Below are positions 1 to 13,285 of a stretch of 50,683 nt of DNA, in pieces. Source of the DNA: Rotaria socialis. Its lineage: Eukaryota. The stretch's first letter is position 1. Every line of letters begins with the position of its first letter. The notes beneath the pieces were generated by a model. That model searched no databases, had not been told where the DNA came from, and saw only the letters and a program-made list of their open reading frames with translations. The translations under genes were made by a program, and so were the position numbers. Location: NCBI GenBank assembly GCA_905331295.1, contig CAJNYD010000218.1:1-50683 (forward strand). The letters are read 5' to 3'.

Positions 1-1412
1 GTATTTCTACAATAGGGTATCCATTTCCGATACACAATCTCGTTACACCAAATGCTTTCAAATTCCTCAGCTATGAGGAACATGGGTATTCATTTTAGTA
101 TCCATTTTAGATATCCACTTGAATGGATATCGTGACTGGTATGTCGACGATACCCAGTGTTAGGATATTATGACATCTCTGACGGTGTCCGTGTATGGCC
201 GTAATATTGCCCCTGTTACAACGCCTTAATACAGCTTAAAACGGCCGTTTTACGACGGAATACGATGCAAAAACGACCGTTTATGGTAATGTTACTCCGG
301 TTTACGGTGGTCCGTTTTCATCGACCTGGGTACTCTTCTGTCAATCTTGAAAACAAAACCATATAAATGAAAATTAAGCTAGCTTTACATAATTGTTTTT
401 ATGATTAGGACTGAGCGGTTGAAGTAAAATTATCGACTTTTTGCGCTTTCAGATACCATAAAAATCCATATTGATTGATCGTTGCCCTGGAATACCAATT
501 TCTTGAGGGTGTGAGTGATATTGAAGAGAAGATACACTCACGCACACACATCTCTGGAGTAGTAGATTTTAATCCATTCTATATCAATTATTAACAAATT
601 CCTAATCGATTATAGTCAAACTTAATCGGTTTTAATCGGTTAACAACTGTGAGCCAATGTTTTTCTGATTATAATTGATGACTTATAATTATTAATCAAT
701 CATAATCTGATCATTTTCCTTTTTTTTACATGGGACAATGAAGCAAGTAAATATATGCATTTCGTGCACACATAAATTGGTTAATAATCTAAGCAAAGCA
801 GTCGTGTTCGTATAAGAACGTGCTGAGCTTCTGCTCTGCTCAAATTTCATAATTATCGAGATCACCAAGAAATTAGTAACATTGTTCGATGATTTCTAGC
901 TTTTGAGCTCATTTGTCTACCCATAAAAAGAGGGCTACTGCAACAAATATGTTTTCAAAGGATAAGCAATCTTATTGCGTGTGGGTGCGTAGTGTCACTG
1001 AAGAAAAATCATTTATGACTGCACTTTACCCCTACGCTCTCTTTCGATTATTTTTATTTTCGTTCAAGCTCAGGTTTAATAGCACGCCATCGTTGACATT
1101 CAAAGGAAGCCGACATATGCATCAATCAATTCGACGCAATAGACATCAAGAAAAAAATATATTTCGAACAGCACAATTAGACTATTTTATGTACAACTTT
1201 TTTCTATGAAAATATTGATTTGAAATTAACAAACTATCAGAAAATCGAAGAATCATTCTTTTTTGTTGGAAAAAAGCAGTTTAAGTAGGATATACGTAAT
1301 GGAATAGGAAGAAAAAAATCTTTGCATTCTCTTGTGTGTAAAAGAAAAAGGTCAAACACTTTGATTTTCATCTGACGCACAAAATTATTTTGCGGAAAGC
1401 AAACAGACGCAG

Positions 1413-2320
1413 GTGAGTATTCGAAACAGTATAAGGCACGTTTTTCTACTTTTTACTACTTTTTTACTCCATTAAAGATGGCTTCAATTTTTTCCAATTT
1501 ACTCATACATCTATATTTATGTGTCAGAGTTTACATTCACTGCGATATTTTTTTACCGTTTCTTCTTTTGTAATTAGACATAGTCGAGATTGCACCAATG
1601 AAACCTATTAAAAATGAAACACATTTCCTCGTAACATTTCATTAAATAGAAAATATACGTCAGACTCAATCTTTACTGGATATAATAGTTTTATCATTTC
1701 ATTTTGATACTAATTTGTTAAGTTCGTAAATTAAATTGCAATCAATGCTGATTGCAATTGATTCTAATGAAAAATCAATTTCATTAAAATTTTATTGAGA
1801 CAAGCAGACTACTTAAATTCACCTTCAACGTCATTTGTGGAAAGACGATTACAAGATTTTGACCGGAAAACGGGATATCTGAATTTTAGTAGAGAAGATC
1901 TTCATATATCAAGGTCTGATCCTATTATGTGTTTATTGGTTGACATACAATACCTCTTCCTAGATATCATATATCGGCACAGTCAGAAGTATTTTTCTAG
2001 CATATTATTAATGGAAGCTCATTCGTGAAACTAGTTATATTAGACTAAACAACATTTCAGACATTTTAGAAAAATTGCCTGGAAGCAGTGTGATCGAGAT
2101 CCAATCGATTCAAGACGACTATACTGTGAGATCTTAACATCTGAATCTCCAAATATCAGTATTATCTATCCGCATCAAACTGAAAAAACAATAAGCTGCC
2201 GAAAAATAGATTTGAATGTCGAACCACATTTTCAGAAAACGTCGCACTTTTACTGTAGTGTGTATCTTCAATCATCTCTATTGTACGAAATATTCTTTAT
2301 TGTTATACTGTTGTTTTCAG
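1413..2320 (+). other. Putative 5'-UTR intron of the SIR2-NACHT gene
   Basis: Consensus donor CAG|GTGAGT at 1413. Pyrimidine-rich acceptor TTGTTTTCAG ending at 2320, 32 nt before the ATG at 2353. Pairing of this donor and acceptor is inferred. Confidence 0.5.
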
Positions 2321-2352
2321 ATATTTGTAATTTCGAGTCCTAAACTAAACGA

Positions 2353-5300
2353 ATGGCTTCTGAAATTCAAAACGTTAAAAATGCCGTAGCTTTAAATAAT
2401 GCACTGATATTTATCGGTACAGGTGTATCCAGTTATACAGCAAACCACGAACAAAATTTTTCTCATTGGAAAGGATTATTACAACATGGTCTTCAACGAT
2501 GTCATCAATCAGGATTGATCAGTGACAAAGACTTTGAAGAATTCAATAGCACATTTCAGAGTAATACCGCAGAAGCTGATGACTACGTACATGTTGCCGA
2601 CCAAATAAAATGTTGCTTCGAAAAGGAAAGTGGCGCTGCAAAAGTTGATATTTACAAATTATGGTTAACGGAAACATTAGGAAATTTGGTCGTTAAAGAT
2701 TCGGAACTGATAAAATCTGTAGGAGAATTGGAATGCCCTATTATAACAACTAACTATGACTGCCTGCTAGAAGATATACTTGATAGAAAACCGCTAACTT
2801 GGAGTAAATATTGCATAGCAGACATTGACAATTCATTAAAGGATCTAAAAAATTACATTCTTCATGTACATGGATATTTTCGAGAGCCAGATACTGTAAT
2901 TTTTAGTAGTGATGATTACACTCGAATTCATGAAGAGCAATTTGACCAATCAAACTTGGGATCACTTATGAAAAGAAAAACTTTATTATTTATTGGATTT
3001 GAGACCGGATTGTCAGATCCACATTTTTCGAATTTATTAAAATGGATATTCAGCGTGACCGGTAGACGATCATTGCCAATGTATAAACTTGTTACGTCAA
3101 ATACAACTAAAGGATTTAATCAAACATCAGATATGCTATTATTGGAGAATATGAAAGAACTTCAATATGGTAACACTCCAAAAGATTTATTAGAATTCAT
3201 AAAAAATCTCAAATCATTTAAACCGTTGATACGCGAAAGTTTATCTCTGGCAGACAGACAAGAAAATATTCGCCAAAAATATTTGAACTATCTTATTCAC
3301 GAATATGGCCACGTGTCTATTTTAGGATATTCGAATAGTAATATCAGTTTATCATTGCAAAGCGTATATGTTGAATTGAAATTCGATCCAACACATCCGT
3401 CCATTAAAGCGATGAAAACAGTAGAAATTAATGAGCAATTCAAGCGTAAACTGTTATCTCACGATTTTTTCGATGAAAATGAAATGCGAAAACTAACTCG
3501 AGCTATTATGGAAAGAAATGAATACAATTCTGCAAGTATTTACAAAGACTTTATGATTGATCAATGGCTAAATGTTTTGTTGAGTAACGAAAAAATATTT
3601 AACAAAAACGAAGCAACTTCTATCAAAGACAAGGTGAAACAATTGAAGAAAAGTATTCTAGAGAAAAATTGTCTTAAAGAAGCAAAACAATATCAAATCC
3701 AGCAGGCATACAATTTATTTAAGCATTTTATAATTCTAGGTCATCCAGGTTCAGGTAAAACTACTCTATCAAAATGGTTAGTAACCAACATGGCGAAGGA
3801 GAGCTTACAGGAGGAAAATACGTTGTTTGACGGTAGTTTTTATATTAAGGAGAAAATCCCGATTCTTATTCCAATTTGGAAATATGTTGATCAATTGAAA
3901 GAAAATCAAAAGGAACAAAAAAAAACTTTGCTGCAGTTTATCTATGAAAATCCAACTTTCAATTCAATATTTTTCAATGATGAAGAGCGAAACGGACTGT
4001 CATCTTTCATCATGAAATCGTTAATACAGGGAAATGTTCTAATTATTTTCGAAGGATTGGATGAAGTTCCTGCTCATGCAGATCGATCTGAATTAATGAA
4101 AGAAATCAATACATTGTTAGAACGAGGAATTGATTATGACGTAACAAATAATAAACTTACGTATTCAATTTATGAAGATAAGGAAATCAATAATACAAAA
4201 GATCCTACGATTGGAAATCGATTTATTGTAACAAGTCGTATTGAAGGGAATTATTTTGAAGAAATTAATTTTTATGTTCCAAGATTAACTATTGAAGATA
4301 TGTCGAACGATGCTCTGAAATTATTTTGCAGTTCATATATGGAATGTATCAAAGATATTTCTATTAAAACAGGAAGACGTGTCAAAGAATACGAAACTAA
4401 TCGATTATATAATAATATTACGAAAAACAAAGATATTTTTCAATTAGCAATCAATCCGCAATTAGCGAGTGTAATTGTTGCAGTGTATTATCAGTATGAA
4501 GGTAAACTGCCAGAGAAAAGAATTGATCTATACGAAATAGCGATTGGACAAATGATAGAACGATTAGTCACTTCTGATATTAATGCTTCTACACATCATG
4601 TAAGTCGAAAACTTGGATTGAATGCTAATTTTTTATGGTCAATAATGCAAGAGGTAGCTGATTATTTGCATAGTAAAGTTGAAGGCCTATCGGAAAATGT
4701 GCTAAAAGAAATAATAAGAAAATGCTTGAGAGATTATCAATCATCGAGTGATCTTACAATAGATATTGATGATTCAATCTCGAAACTTGTGGATATGTTT
4801 AAATATCAAGCAGGTTTGCTTAATGAATTTGGTCATGATAGCTTTCGATTTATACATCGTACATTTCAAGAGTATCTTGCAGCTAAAAATATTGTTTATT
4901 GCTATGGAATTCCACGATCTGCAGATACGATTTATGAAAGTATTAAAACCAAAATTGATACTCCCAATTGGAGAGTTCCTCTCAGCATGACATTTGGAAT
5001 ATTAAGTAAATTCAGTGAATTATTTAATAGTATCATCGCAAGATTGCTAAAAAATGAAGAAGCTCCGTATAATCTACAATCTTGTTCAGTGCTAGTACCA
5101 TTTTTTATTATTGATTCATTGAATGATATGTATTTTTCATCGAACGAAACAGAACACGAACTGATTCGAAAATTAGCCGATATGCTATTGTTTGACTATA
5201 AAAATATGTCCGGTTTTTCGCGATTAAAAGAACATCAAGAATTAATTCATTCCTATTTCTTGAAATTGAAAATCAAATATGTTCATATATTAGAAAAATG

Positions 5301-8300
5301 GTTCATTGAAAAGATACACAGCGAAGAAAGCATTTCCGCATGCGCCAACATTATTTATCAGCTCAAATGGTATAATTCAACATTTCATGAAATATTTTTA
5401 AAAAACTTGCATAATGATACTGATATTTGGAATTGGTCAATCGATTCAATTTTAAGATTTTATTCAAATGAAATTAAAAATCAAGTAGTTTCGGCGCAAT
5501 TGAAATTTAAAGATACGTTAAAGCAAAATCCAGAAATTATCAAACATATCATTGGGACTACTGATTGGTTATGCGTAATTACAGCTCTTTATGGAGGATA
5601 TAAAAATGATAATAGTCCATCAGCTATTTCAGAATATCATGAGCTCGCTCAATTTCTCGATTTATCTGACAAAGAGAGAGCACCATTTATACTTTACTAT
5701 CAAAATGTATGGGATAGAGATGATCCAGCATATGATATGGCCGTACGTGCCGATAAATTATATAATGAAAAACATTGGGATGACAAGCCAATATTTGACA
5801 CGAATGAAATCTATAAAGAATCATTTTTGACAAGCAAAATCATTGAATTTCTCCTTGAAGAAAAGTCTACTAGAGAATTAACCGAAGAATTGCGAAAGCA
5901 AATGCAAAGTCAAATATTGAACAATAGTGAAAAAACCGACGCATTAATTGCTTTAGTCGCTCTCGGGGAATTAGATTTTGTAAATAGTTTTATTAACGAA
6001 GGTGAAGAATTAATTATTAGAAGCTTCAGGAACAGAATACAACAATTAATTTATACTTTAAAAGATCCAATTGCTAGATGCTCATCACATATTGCGAAAT
6101 ATTTACTAGCAAAGCGTTCATTGAAGCATAATCTCAATTTTTCTGATTATTGCAAAATATATTTATCTTTAATAGCCAACAGCGGAGGATTACCAGTTGA
6201 TACAATAGCTTTAGCCGAAGCTGTGGATAATGTGGAAAACAAATACGATCTCTATGCAGAATATTTTGCCTATCAATTCGCTGGTGCTACCCGTGATAAA
6301 CGATATTCAATTGCAGTGCTTTCAGATGTATTTAAAGTGTCCGGTAAAACTGATCAAATTGTAAAACCATTTTTAAAAATTAATGGCGCAGTTCAGATGC
6401 ATAGGCCGATTCGAGCATACCCATGGGCTACCGATATATTTGTTTTTAAATCAAATGATGATGATAGTGATATTCCAATAGCATTTTTCAATTGCTTAGA
6501 AAACATCAATACAAATATCGTATTTGTAATAGAGGTCATTAGTCACATCTTCTTCAAAGAAGGATATTTCAAACGAAACCCTGAATTAGTTCCATTAGCT
6601 ATATTATTAGAATTTGGAATAATGTCTAAAGACTTAGATAGGTCTAAGACTTACAAGAATTTACTACCGGAATTTATTGATGTACCAAATATTAAAGAAT
6701 TTTTATTGGAAAAAATTCAATCAATGTGCAATCCTTACTATAAATCTAGAGCATTATATCAATTAGCTGAATTTTATGATGAAAGAAGTTATGGCTTATT
6801 AAATGAATCTTTTGCATTGACAAAAAATATTTCCGAGGCAATTTTAAAATTTCAAGTTTTGGAAAAGATTTTTAGCATTGCTCACTATAAGGAACCAGAG
6901 CACAAATCATTCATTGAACAAGTAACCGATGAATTAGTCATAACATTTAGTCATATCGAAAGTTTCTATAACCGAATTATCGCATCAGTAAGATTATCAT
7001 TTTATGGATCAGGAGAATTTCGAAAAAAGTACTTGACGATTGCTATAGAAACACTGATTCAAATGGATGAAGATGATGAGAAAATCAAATTGATTATTAA
7101 CTTAAAACCATTGTTTAGTATTTATGATGATCTTCAAAGCAAACTGAATGGAATTATAGGAGCTCTTAGAAATAAAACGCACAATTATTTTATCAATTCT
7201 TACTATGGACGAGTATTATTTAACGAAAAACTGTATGCTGATACTACGAAAGTAAGTTTAGATACAAATAAAAATTCTAATGACGAAATCGTCGATACTC
7301 AAACATCTACTGAACTGGAAGGTTTATTTTTACTGTTTGCACAATTGAATGACACAAAATTATTAATTCATAAAACCGAGAATATAGACCAATTGTGGAT
7401 CGATCTTTTGAAAGACGGTGATAATCAATCTAATATTGAAAAGATCTTAGAGATTGGTTTGCACAATGAAATATTTTTGACAGCACAAGTCGCAATTATT
7501 ATCGATGAGTTAATACGAAAAGAAAAGGCAGATACTATTTCAATTCTTTTTCCATATATTATAAAACCATCCAACGAAGTATTACCCATTGTTCAGAGAT
7601 GGTTTACTGATTATGAAAACAACCAAATCAAACAGCTGGCAGCTCTTTTATTGGCAGAAGCAAAACACATTTTTGAAACAGCCATTGATACAATTGTTGA
7701 GCTATTAAAAGGTGATAATGATCAAATGAGATATAGAGCTCAGCGAATCATTCAACATCCAGAACGAGACGTTGAAGTGCCCAGTAAGAGAATATCTATA
7801 ATAGGAGAAAAAACCTTAATGAAAATTCTCGAAAAAGCATCATCAAAAGAGCAAGTTCTACAAGTTCGAACTTATTTTGGTAGCTTCTTCTACGACTTGC
7901 TATGGGATGATCCTTTAGTTTTTCGGAATTTATTGGAAAAAGTAAATCAATGGAACATGGGAAACTATAACAGAGAAAGAAGAATCCGGCTTCTCTGTAG
8001 AATTCACTTTATAAATCATCATACTTGGAATATAGTAATGAGAACATTAGAATCATCAATGGATGCATCGCATATAGAAGACCTACTTTGTTCAACAATG
8101 TTTTTAACACAATATGATACATTTACACCAGAAAATTGGATAGAATTTGCAAGAATATTATCCGTAACAGATACAAGTCAATTTAGGGATCAATTATTAT
8201 TCGTACACACAGATCTAGACAGAATTGAGTTTATAATCGATAATATTTGTGCATTAACAAATACTTACGATGAAACATATATTGAAATTCTTGAGTCAAA

Positions 8301-9132
8301 ATTAATTAGCGAAATATCTCTCAAAATGGAAAATCTCCCACAAAGTAGTTATAATCAAATAAAACATATAGGCACTTGTAACTATTATGTCTCACGTGAT
8401 CTGAATGAAAGAGTATTAAATGTATTAGGTACTGTTTCAATAAGCATTGTCCTAATGGAAAATTTAATTAAATGGTTAATACAAAAAATGACCAGTTTTA
8501 AAATTTTTGATAATAATAGAATAGAATCGGTTTTGTGTGAAAGTTTATTATCGTTGGTTGCTGCCTGTGTTCAAAAGGACGATTATTTATATCGAAAAGT
8601 AACAAATTCTAGAAATTTTAACAAAGTTCGAATGATTCAACTGTTGGAAAAAATGCTTAATCATCATCCATGTTTTCCGGCTAGAGGTAGCGCTTTTATA
8701 TTACTTTCAGCGATGAATCAATCTGATCACAAAGTAATCCTAAATGCCATGAACACATTACTTGACGAAAATCTTGTGAAAGGATATTCTATCAAAGGAA
8801 TCCCTCTAGTACAATCGTCACCCAATAAATTTGTTGATGATCTATTGGAATATTTAAACAATGAAAGTGCCATAAAAACTTATGAAGTATTAAAAATATT
8901 GACAGAATTTGGTTTAAATGAAAAAATGGATACACATGGAAAATCAAAAATCATAAATTGTTTAGCGAATGAAATTTCACAAATAAAATCAAAGAAACCT
9001 GTTAATTATTTCTATACAGATATAAAAATTCCTTTTACAACAACACTAGAAAATGAATTATATAAAGCTTGGATTAAAATACAAGGACTTTCTGGCAAAA
9101 CTCAATATTCTATTAAACTTGAAGAATCATAA
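2353..9132 (+). CDS. SIR2-like (SIR2_2/SIRim-type) domain + NACHT STAND NTPase + long alpha-helical C-terminal region; NLR-like protein, 2259 aa, no intron in CDS
   Basis: Single 6.8-kb ORF. SIR2 motifs: [21 protein letters not shown] (~2746-2760), LHVHG (~2863-2874), LLFIGF..LSDPHF. NACHT motifs: Walker [10 protein letters not shown] (~3739-3765), Walker [39 protein letters not shown]. Confidence 0.92.
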   Translation: MASEIQNVKNAVALNNALIFIGTGVSSYTANHEQNFSHWKGLLQHGLQRCHQSGLISDKDFEEFNSTFQSNTAEADDYVHVADQIKCCFEKESGAAKVDIYKLWLTETLGNLVVKDSELIKSVGELECPIITTNYDCLLEDILDRKPLTWSKYCIADIDNSLKDLKNYILHVHGYFREPDTVIFSSDDYTRIHEEQFDQSNLGSLMKRKTLLFIGFETGLSDPHFSNLLKWIFSVTGRRSLPMYKLVTSNTTKGFNQTSDMLLLENMKELQYGNTPKDLLEFIKNLKSFKPLIRESLSLADRQENIRQKYLNYLIHEYGHVSILGYSNSNISLSLQSVYVELKFDPTHPSIKAMKTVEINEQFKRKLLSHDFFDENEMRKLTRAIMERNEYNSASIYKDFMIDQWLNVLLSNEKIFNKNEATSIKDKVKQLKKSILEKNCLKEAKQYQIQQAYNLFKHFIILGHPGSGKTTLSKWLVTNMAKESLQEENTLFDGSFYIKEKIPILIPIWKYVDQLKENQKEQKKTLLQFIYENPTFNSIFFNDEERNGLSSFIMKSLIQGNVLIIFEGLDEVPAHADRSELMKEINTLLERGIDYDVTNNKLTYSIYEDKEINNTKDPTIGNRFIVTSRIEGNYFEEINFYVPRLTIEDMSNDALKLFCSSYMECIKDISIKTGRRVKEYETNRLYNNITKNKDIFQLAINPQLASVIVAVYYQYEGKLPEKRIDLYEIAIGQMIERLVTSDINASTHHVSRKLGLNANFLWSIMQEVADYLHSKVEGLSENVLKEIIRKCLRDYQSSSDLTIDIDDSISKLVDMFKYQAGLLNEFGHDSFRFIHRTFQEYLAAKNIVYCYGIPRSADTIYESIKTKIDTPNWRVPLSMTFGILSKFSELFNSIIARLLKNEEAPYNLQSCSVLVPFFIIDSLNDMYFSSNETEHELIRKLADMLLFDYKNMSGFSRLKEHQELIHSYFLKLKIKYVHILEKWFIEKIHSEESISACANIIYQLKWYNSTFHEIFLKNLHNDTDIWNWSIDSILRFYSNEIKNQVVSAQLKFKDTLKQNPEIIKHIIGTTDWLCVITALYGGYKNDNSPSAISEYHELAQFLDLSDKERAPFILYYQNVWDRDDPAYDMAVRADKLYNEKHWDDKPIFDTNEIYKESFLTSKIIEFLLEEKSTRELTEELRKQMQSQILNNSEKTDALIALVALGELDFVNSFINEGEELIIRSFRNRIQQLIYTLKDPIARCSSHIAKYLLAKRSLKHNLNFSDYCKIYLSLIANSGGLPVDTIALAEAVDNVENKYDLYAEYFAYQFAGATRDKRYSIAVLSDVFKVSGKTDQIVKPFLKINGAVQMHRPIRAYPWATDIFVFKSNDDDSDIPIAFFNCLENINTNIVFVIEVISHIFFKEGYFKRNPELVPLAILLEFGIMSKDLDRSKTYKNLLPEFIDVPNIKEFLLEKIQSMCNPYYKSRALYQLAEFYDERSYGLLNESFALTKNISEAILKFQVLEKIFSIAHYKEPEHKSFIEQVTDELVITFSHIESFYNRIIASVRLSFYGSGEFRKKYLTIAIETLIQMDEDDEKIKLIINLKPLFSIYDDLQSKLNGIIGALRNKTHNYFINSYYGRVLFNEKLYADTTKVSLDTNKNSNDEIVDTQTSTELEGLFLLFAQLNDTKLLIHKTENIDQLWIDLLKDGDNQSNIEKILEIGLHNEIFLTAQVAIIIDELIRKEKADTISILFPYIIKPSNEVLPIVQRWFTDYENNQIKQLAALLLAEAKHIFETAIDTIVELLKGDNDQMRYRAQRIIQHPERDVEVPSKRISIIGEKTLMKILEKASSKEQVLQVRTYFGSFFYDLLWDDPLVFRNLLEKVNQWNMGNYNRERRIRLLCRIHFINHHTWNIVMRTLESSMDASHIEDLLCSTMFLTQYDTFTPENWIEFARILSVTDTSQFRDQLLFVHTDLDRIEFIIDNICALTNTYDETYIEILESKLISEISLKMENLPQSSYNQIKHIGTCNYYVSRDLNERVLNVLGTVSISIVLMENLIKWLIQKMTSFKIFDNNRIESVLCESLLSLVAACVQKDDYLYRKVTNSRNFNKVRMIQLLEKMLNHHPCFPARGSAFILLSAMNQSDHKVILNAMNTLLDENLVKGYSIKGIPLVQSSPNKFVDDLLEYLNNESAIKTYEVLKILTEFGLNEKMDTHGKSKIINCLANEISQIKSKKPVNYFYTDIKIPFTTTLENELYKAWIKIQGLSGKTQYSIKLEES

Positions 9133-9859
9133 TATTCAATTTGAAATGATGATCTACTTGTAATATCGGTTAATCATGGAAATTATATTACACGTTAACA
9201 TTTACCTGTTATGTTCTCATTCTAATAACCTCTTATATTTCTATTAACAGAGAGTCTCATTTAAATATTTAGAAACTGTTCAAATTGAAACTATTTTTTG
9301 TTTTGTTTTTACATAAGCACAGTTAACAGTCATCGATTAGTTTTTAGAAAAAGACGGGTGTGGGCGAAAAGAACCATTACATCGAAACCCACATCCCACA
9401 TCCTAGCAGAGTGGATGGTGTGTGGTGTGTGGGTGGTTGTCAGAGTGTGCCCATAGCTGTGGGTGTGGGTGGCTGTGTGAGTGTGCGCGTGGCCTCCAGC
9501 GTTAGCTTCAGTATCAGTGCGGAAAATGCTGCCTCAACATCGTCGTCCATATAGCACCCTCGTAGATTTCACTGCAGGTTCACATCTAACCATATCGGCC
9601 TGCGTAACTATGTGACGATGCAGATTCAATTTACAGAATAGGTTATTGGCAATACTGCACACTCAACGGAGACATTAACCATCAAACCATTATAGTAGCT
9701 TAAAGAAACACATCCAATCCCGTCCGACTTGATCTCAACCATATCACGATACTCATGTGAAGGTTCTTTCTCTCCTTCCGCTGTATGTATATTGAAATAA
9801 GTAAACCTAAAAGTGTGTCCCTACTACATAACTAACTAGCTATATATAGCTTCATAGAG

Positions 9860-10110
9860 AACACAGAGAGAAAGAAGATAGATCACGAATAAAGATAGTA
9901 CAAATCAAATAACAAAGGGAGAGAAGATAGACCATGAACATAAAGATAGTACAAACACCTGGATATCTCTCGAACAGGGAAGAGAGAGAGAGAGAAAGAG
10001 AGAAGATAGATCATAAACATAAACATAAAGATAGTACAAAACACCTGGATATCTCTCGAACAGAAGAGAGAGAGAGAGAAAGAGAAAGAAAGATATATCA
10101 TGAACATTAA
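9860..10110. repeat. GA-rich direct repeats (~80-bp unit containing cataaagatagtacaa..cacctggatatctctcgaacag..(GA)n)
   Basis: Two near-identical copies (~9933-10010 and ~10011-10100) plus a partial copy near 9880-9930, next to an N at 10137. Confidence 0.75.
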
Positions 10111-10341
10111 GAGAGTACGAATCAAACAGCAGGTGNGAGACTGGACGGTAGCTGATGTGGATTATCCATTGTTCACTCACTTCCGGAAGCACACCGAATT
10201 ACGGGAATTCCTAGGAATCGGTAGGCCGTGGTTCCATTAATTCCAGAATCGTGTCGAAATGGATAAACGGAATTGGAGGAATTGGTTGGAATGGGATGCA
10301 ATTGACTGGCAGTGATTCCGCGATTCCGGAATTGGTTGTTG

Positions 10342-10475
10342 GTGATTCCGGCAGTTCCGGAATTGTGTTTGAAGTGATTCCGGCAGTTCCGGAATTGTGT
10401 TTGAAGTGATTCCGGCAGTTCCGGAATTGTGTTTGAAGTGATTCCGGCAGTTCCGGAATTGTGTTTGAAGTGATT
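10342..10475. repeat. 32-bp tandem repeat gtgattccggcagttccggaattgtgtttgaa, 4 copies, within a GGAATT/TTCCGG-rich element (~10180-10520)
   Basis: Identical units start at 10342, 10374, 10406 and 10438, with a partial unit at 10470. No variable spacers. Confidence 0.9.
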
Positions 10476-10709
10476 AACGGAATCGGAGGAATTAGAAGGA
10501 ACTGGTTCCGGAATGTTCAACAGTGTGGAATAGGACGTATTCTCATAATGGATTCTATCCTTGTTGAAATGAATAGGGGTATTGTAGTTCAGTTTTAGTT
10601 CCGATCAAAAGAACTATTCGCATAGATCTCATAAGAGACGCCTATGTCGACATCGACACCATCCCAGTGTAGATCCTAACAGTTCTTAGATATGAGAACT
10701 GTTATACCC

Positions 10710-11188
10710 CTAGAATTGAACGATCGTTTTTCAAAAAGCAATATGAAAATTCTTTGTGATATCTCATCTCTATCACCCGATAGCTGAATATTTTTAGAGG
10801 CGGAAGAATTAAAAGATATATTTATTATGTTACAATGTGATATTGTATCATTGTCTAATGAAATTCAAGTATTAAAGCCTATGCACAAGCAATCAAAGTC
10901 AAAAGATATAGTTGATTTATGTTGTGAAGTTTTACTATTAAAACAACCATACACCACGATTATATATCCTGCTATCAGAGCTTTGACTATTCCTGTGTGT
11001 TCAACCACAACAGAACGAAAATTCAGTAAATGAAATTAGTCAAAACTATTGCACGTACTAGTATGTCGGACGATACACTAAGTGATTTGTCTTTATTAGC
11101 TATTGAAAGATATTTTGTTGTTGATGATGAAAAAATAATTGATGCTTTTACCATCAAGCACAAAAACAGTCGAATATTGTTGAAATAA
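10710..11188 (+). pseudogene. hAT-family transposase C-terminal dimerisation-domain relic (ZMYM1-like)
   Basis: Translates as ELNDRFS...ALTIPVCSTTTERKFSK / MKLVKTIARTSMSDDTLSDLSLLAIER...IIDAF, matching the hATC motif PxxxxxxERxFS. Contains stops and frameshifts. Confidence 0.8.
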
Positions 11189-11975
11189 TTGTTATTTATT
11201 CATGTATCTATTTGTCATCTCTTCTCTTTATTGTTCGCATAAATTCATTTAATATAACAGTATAGATACATTGAGTTATCCTTTTTTGAGAAAGTAGAAA
11301 TTCAGAATCTGTTTTTGGTCGCCGAAAAAATCTAAGCTTTAGTGGTGGATGGAATCTTTAAAAGTCGTAGGGCGCCGCCCTACCACCAGAGAATTCCTGG
11401 TTATGCTATTTTGATGGGACTCGGTAACCTGGCCGCTAAAACCGCCGATTTTCATGCGGTTTTTATTACATGGGTTCAAAAAAATTCTGTTCTTTTTGCG
11501 CATGATCATCAGTTGCCTTCTCCCGTGAATTGTCTTTCAATCGCCATGACAATCTTTATGTCATCGATATGAATAGACATTATTTTAAATGGTTTTCTAT
11601 CCACTAAAATAGCGTTGCGATAAAAGACTATCTTTGTTTCATATGAACTCGATTTTTGCATGCGCGAGAGTGATCAGTGTGTGACGGTGTTATGGTATGA
11701 CAAGTCACTGCAATACTATTCGCATATCATCATTACTGATATTAATTATCAAGTGGCAAGTATCTGTATAAATGGTTCTAAAAATTAGAAACGTTTTTCA
11801 ACCAAATATAAAATTCGATGAGAAATTCTACTCACAAGCAGACAATCGAAACAAATTCCTATACATATGGCAAGTTGACAGTGGATGTCGATAGGTAGCA
11901 ATATCATAAAAAATGTAAAGCTTGATATGAACTTGAGTGTGAACATGACTTCTTCAACCAAAATACACTAATATA

Positions 11976-13285
11976 ACGGGTGCGGCAGGATAAATGGCGG
12001 TCTCAGTATTTCGCCGATATCTCCCTTAATCTTAGCCCGAGTTGGCTCCCGTTTTTTTCAAAAGAATCGTCTTTCAAAGTTCTACAAAACAATACTATTT
12101 TTATTAACGCAAATAACTTCCATCATTTTGGTAAAGACGATACAATCGATTGGCCCAACACGCACAACTTTCAAAAACAACAGATTCAGAAATTTTTTTA
12201 ACCGACAATTTTAATTCCTTAATGAGTGTTGTTTTTGAGTAGACTTTGTTCCAATTGATGTTGTTGACCAGCTGATCCCATATTGAGTAGTCCAGTGGGT
12301 TTAAATCTGGACTATTTGGTGGCCATCTGTCTTTCTCAATAAATGTTGGAAAATTGTCTCGACACCATTTTTGTGATAAATGATGCGAGTGAGGCTTGGC
12401 GCCATCTTGTTGAAAGACCCAGTCGCTGCCGAAAAATTGATTCCCATATTTTAAAGCAACAGGAAGCACTTTTTCGATATAAACAGTGTGATCGACTGTT
12501 TCTTCATCCAAGATTACCAAGGGTGTGAGACCCTTGGAACAGGCACCGAGCCAAACCATTACTTTTTGTGGGAATTTTCGTTTCTGCTGAGTGCCACCAT
12601 TTTTATCGGCATCAGCACGATCTACTGCCCACACTCGATCATTTTGGGTATTATAAACACCGTCAATGTCGAACATCTTTTCATCCGAAAAGAGGATTTT
12701 CAAAGTGTCTTCTTTTCGGAAATTTGTTCGAACCCAATTTGCAAATTGTTTCCGTTTGAGCTTTTGATCATCGGAAAGCAATGGTTCGATTACTTTTTTT
12801 TAGGGATATAACCCTAAATCGCTTTTCATTATTCGCCGAACACTTCTTTCGGACATGTCAAGCTCCATTGGTATTTTTCGAGCTGACACCTTTTTCTTTC
12901 GGCGTAACCGGTTCTTTACCTTTTGAATGTTCTCCCTTGTTCGAACCAAACGAGGGCCACCTGGTGGTTTTGATAATGTGATAGTTCCCGACCTCCGGAT
13001 CATTTGACACCACCTTTCGATTGTTCTTAAACCGAGTCCACCGTTTAAATCATGATAAATTTGTTTCGGAGTATCACCTTTTTGGTACTTTGAAAGTACC
13101 ACCTTTTGAAGGTCTTTACTTTTCATCTTCGGAAAACCTGTATTTACTTTGGATATTTAAATGAAATATGGGGATTTGTAGAGCGATAGACGGCGCACAT
13201 TTCAACAAAAAAAGGGACGAATTGGATGGAAAATAAGGAAGATGTCGCGAAAACACTAGACCGCCATTTATCCTGCCGCACCCGT
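11976..13285 (-). mobile_element. Tc1/mariner DNA transposon, DD37D (maT-type), full length
   Basis: Perfect 28-bp TIRs ACGGGTGCGGCAGGATAAATGGCGGTCT (11976-12003 and 13258-13285). TA target duplications at 11974-75 and 13286-87. Internal transposase. Confidence 0.95.
12104..13126 (-). pseudogene. DD37D transposase interrupted by one in-frame TAA at 12800-12802
   Basis: ORFs 12800-13126 (HTH region) and 12104-12781 are in the same frame: LGLYP*KKVIEPLLSD. Catalytic residues FSDEK, QQDGAKPH and SPDLNPLDY, with 37 residues between the second and third D. Confidence 0.9.

Noticed and set aside
913..2028. Short ORFs upstream of the SIR2-NACHT gene
   Set aside because: Non-ATG starts and no motifs; they lie in probable promoter or intron sequence.
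10342..10475. 32-bp repeats resembling a CRISPR array
   Set aside because: Units are directly tandem with no unique spacers, there are no cas genes, and the context is eukaryotic.
9883..10520. ORFs at 9883-10125, 9905-10192 and 10173-10520
   Set aside because: These are translations of tandem repeats with no domain signal.
12781..12802. Programmed frameshift at the A8 run in the transposase
   Set aside because: The two ORFs are in the same frame; the interruption is an in-frame TAA, not a frameshift.
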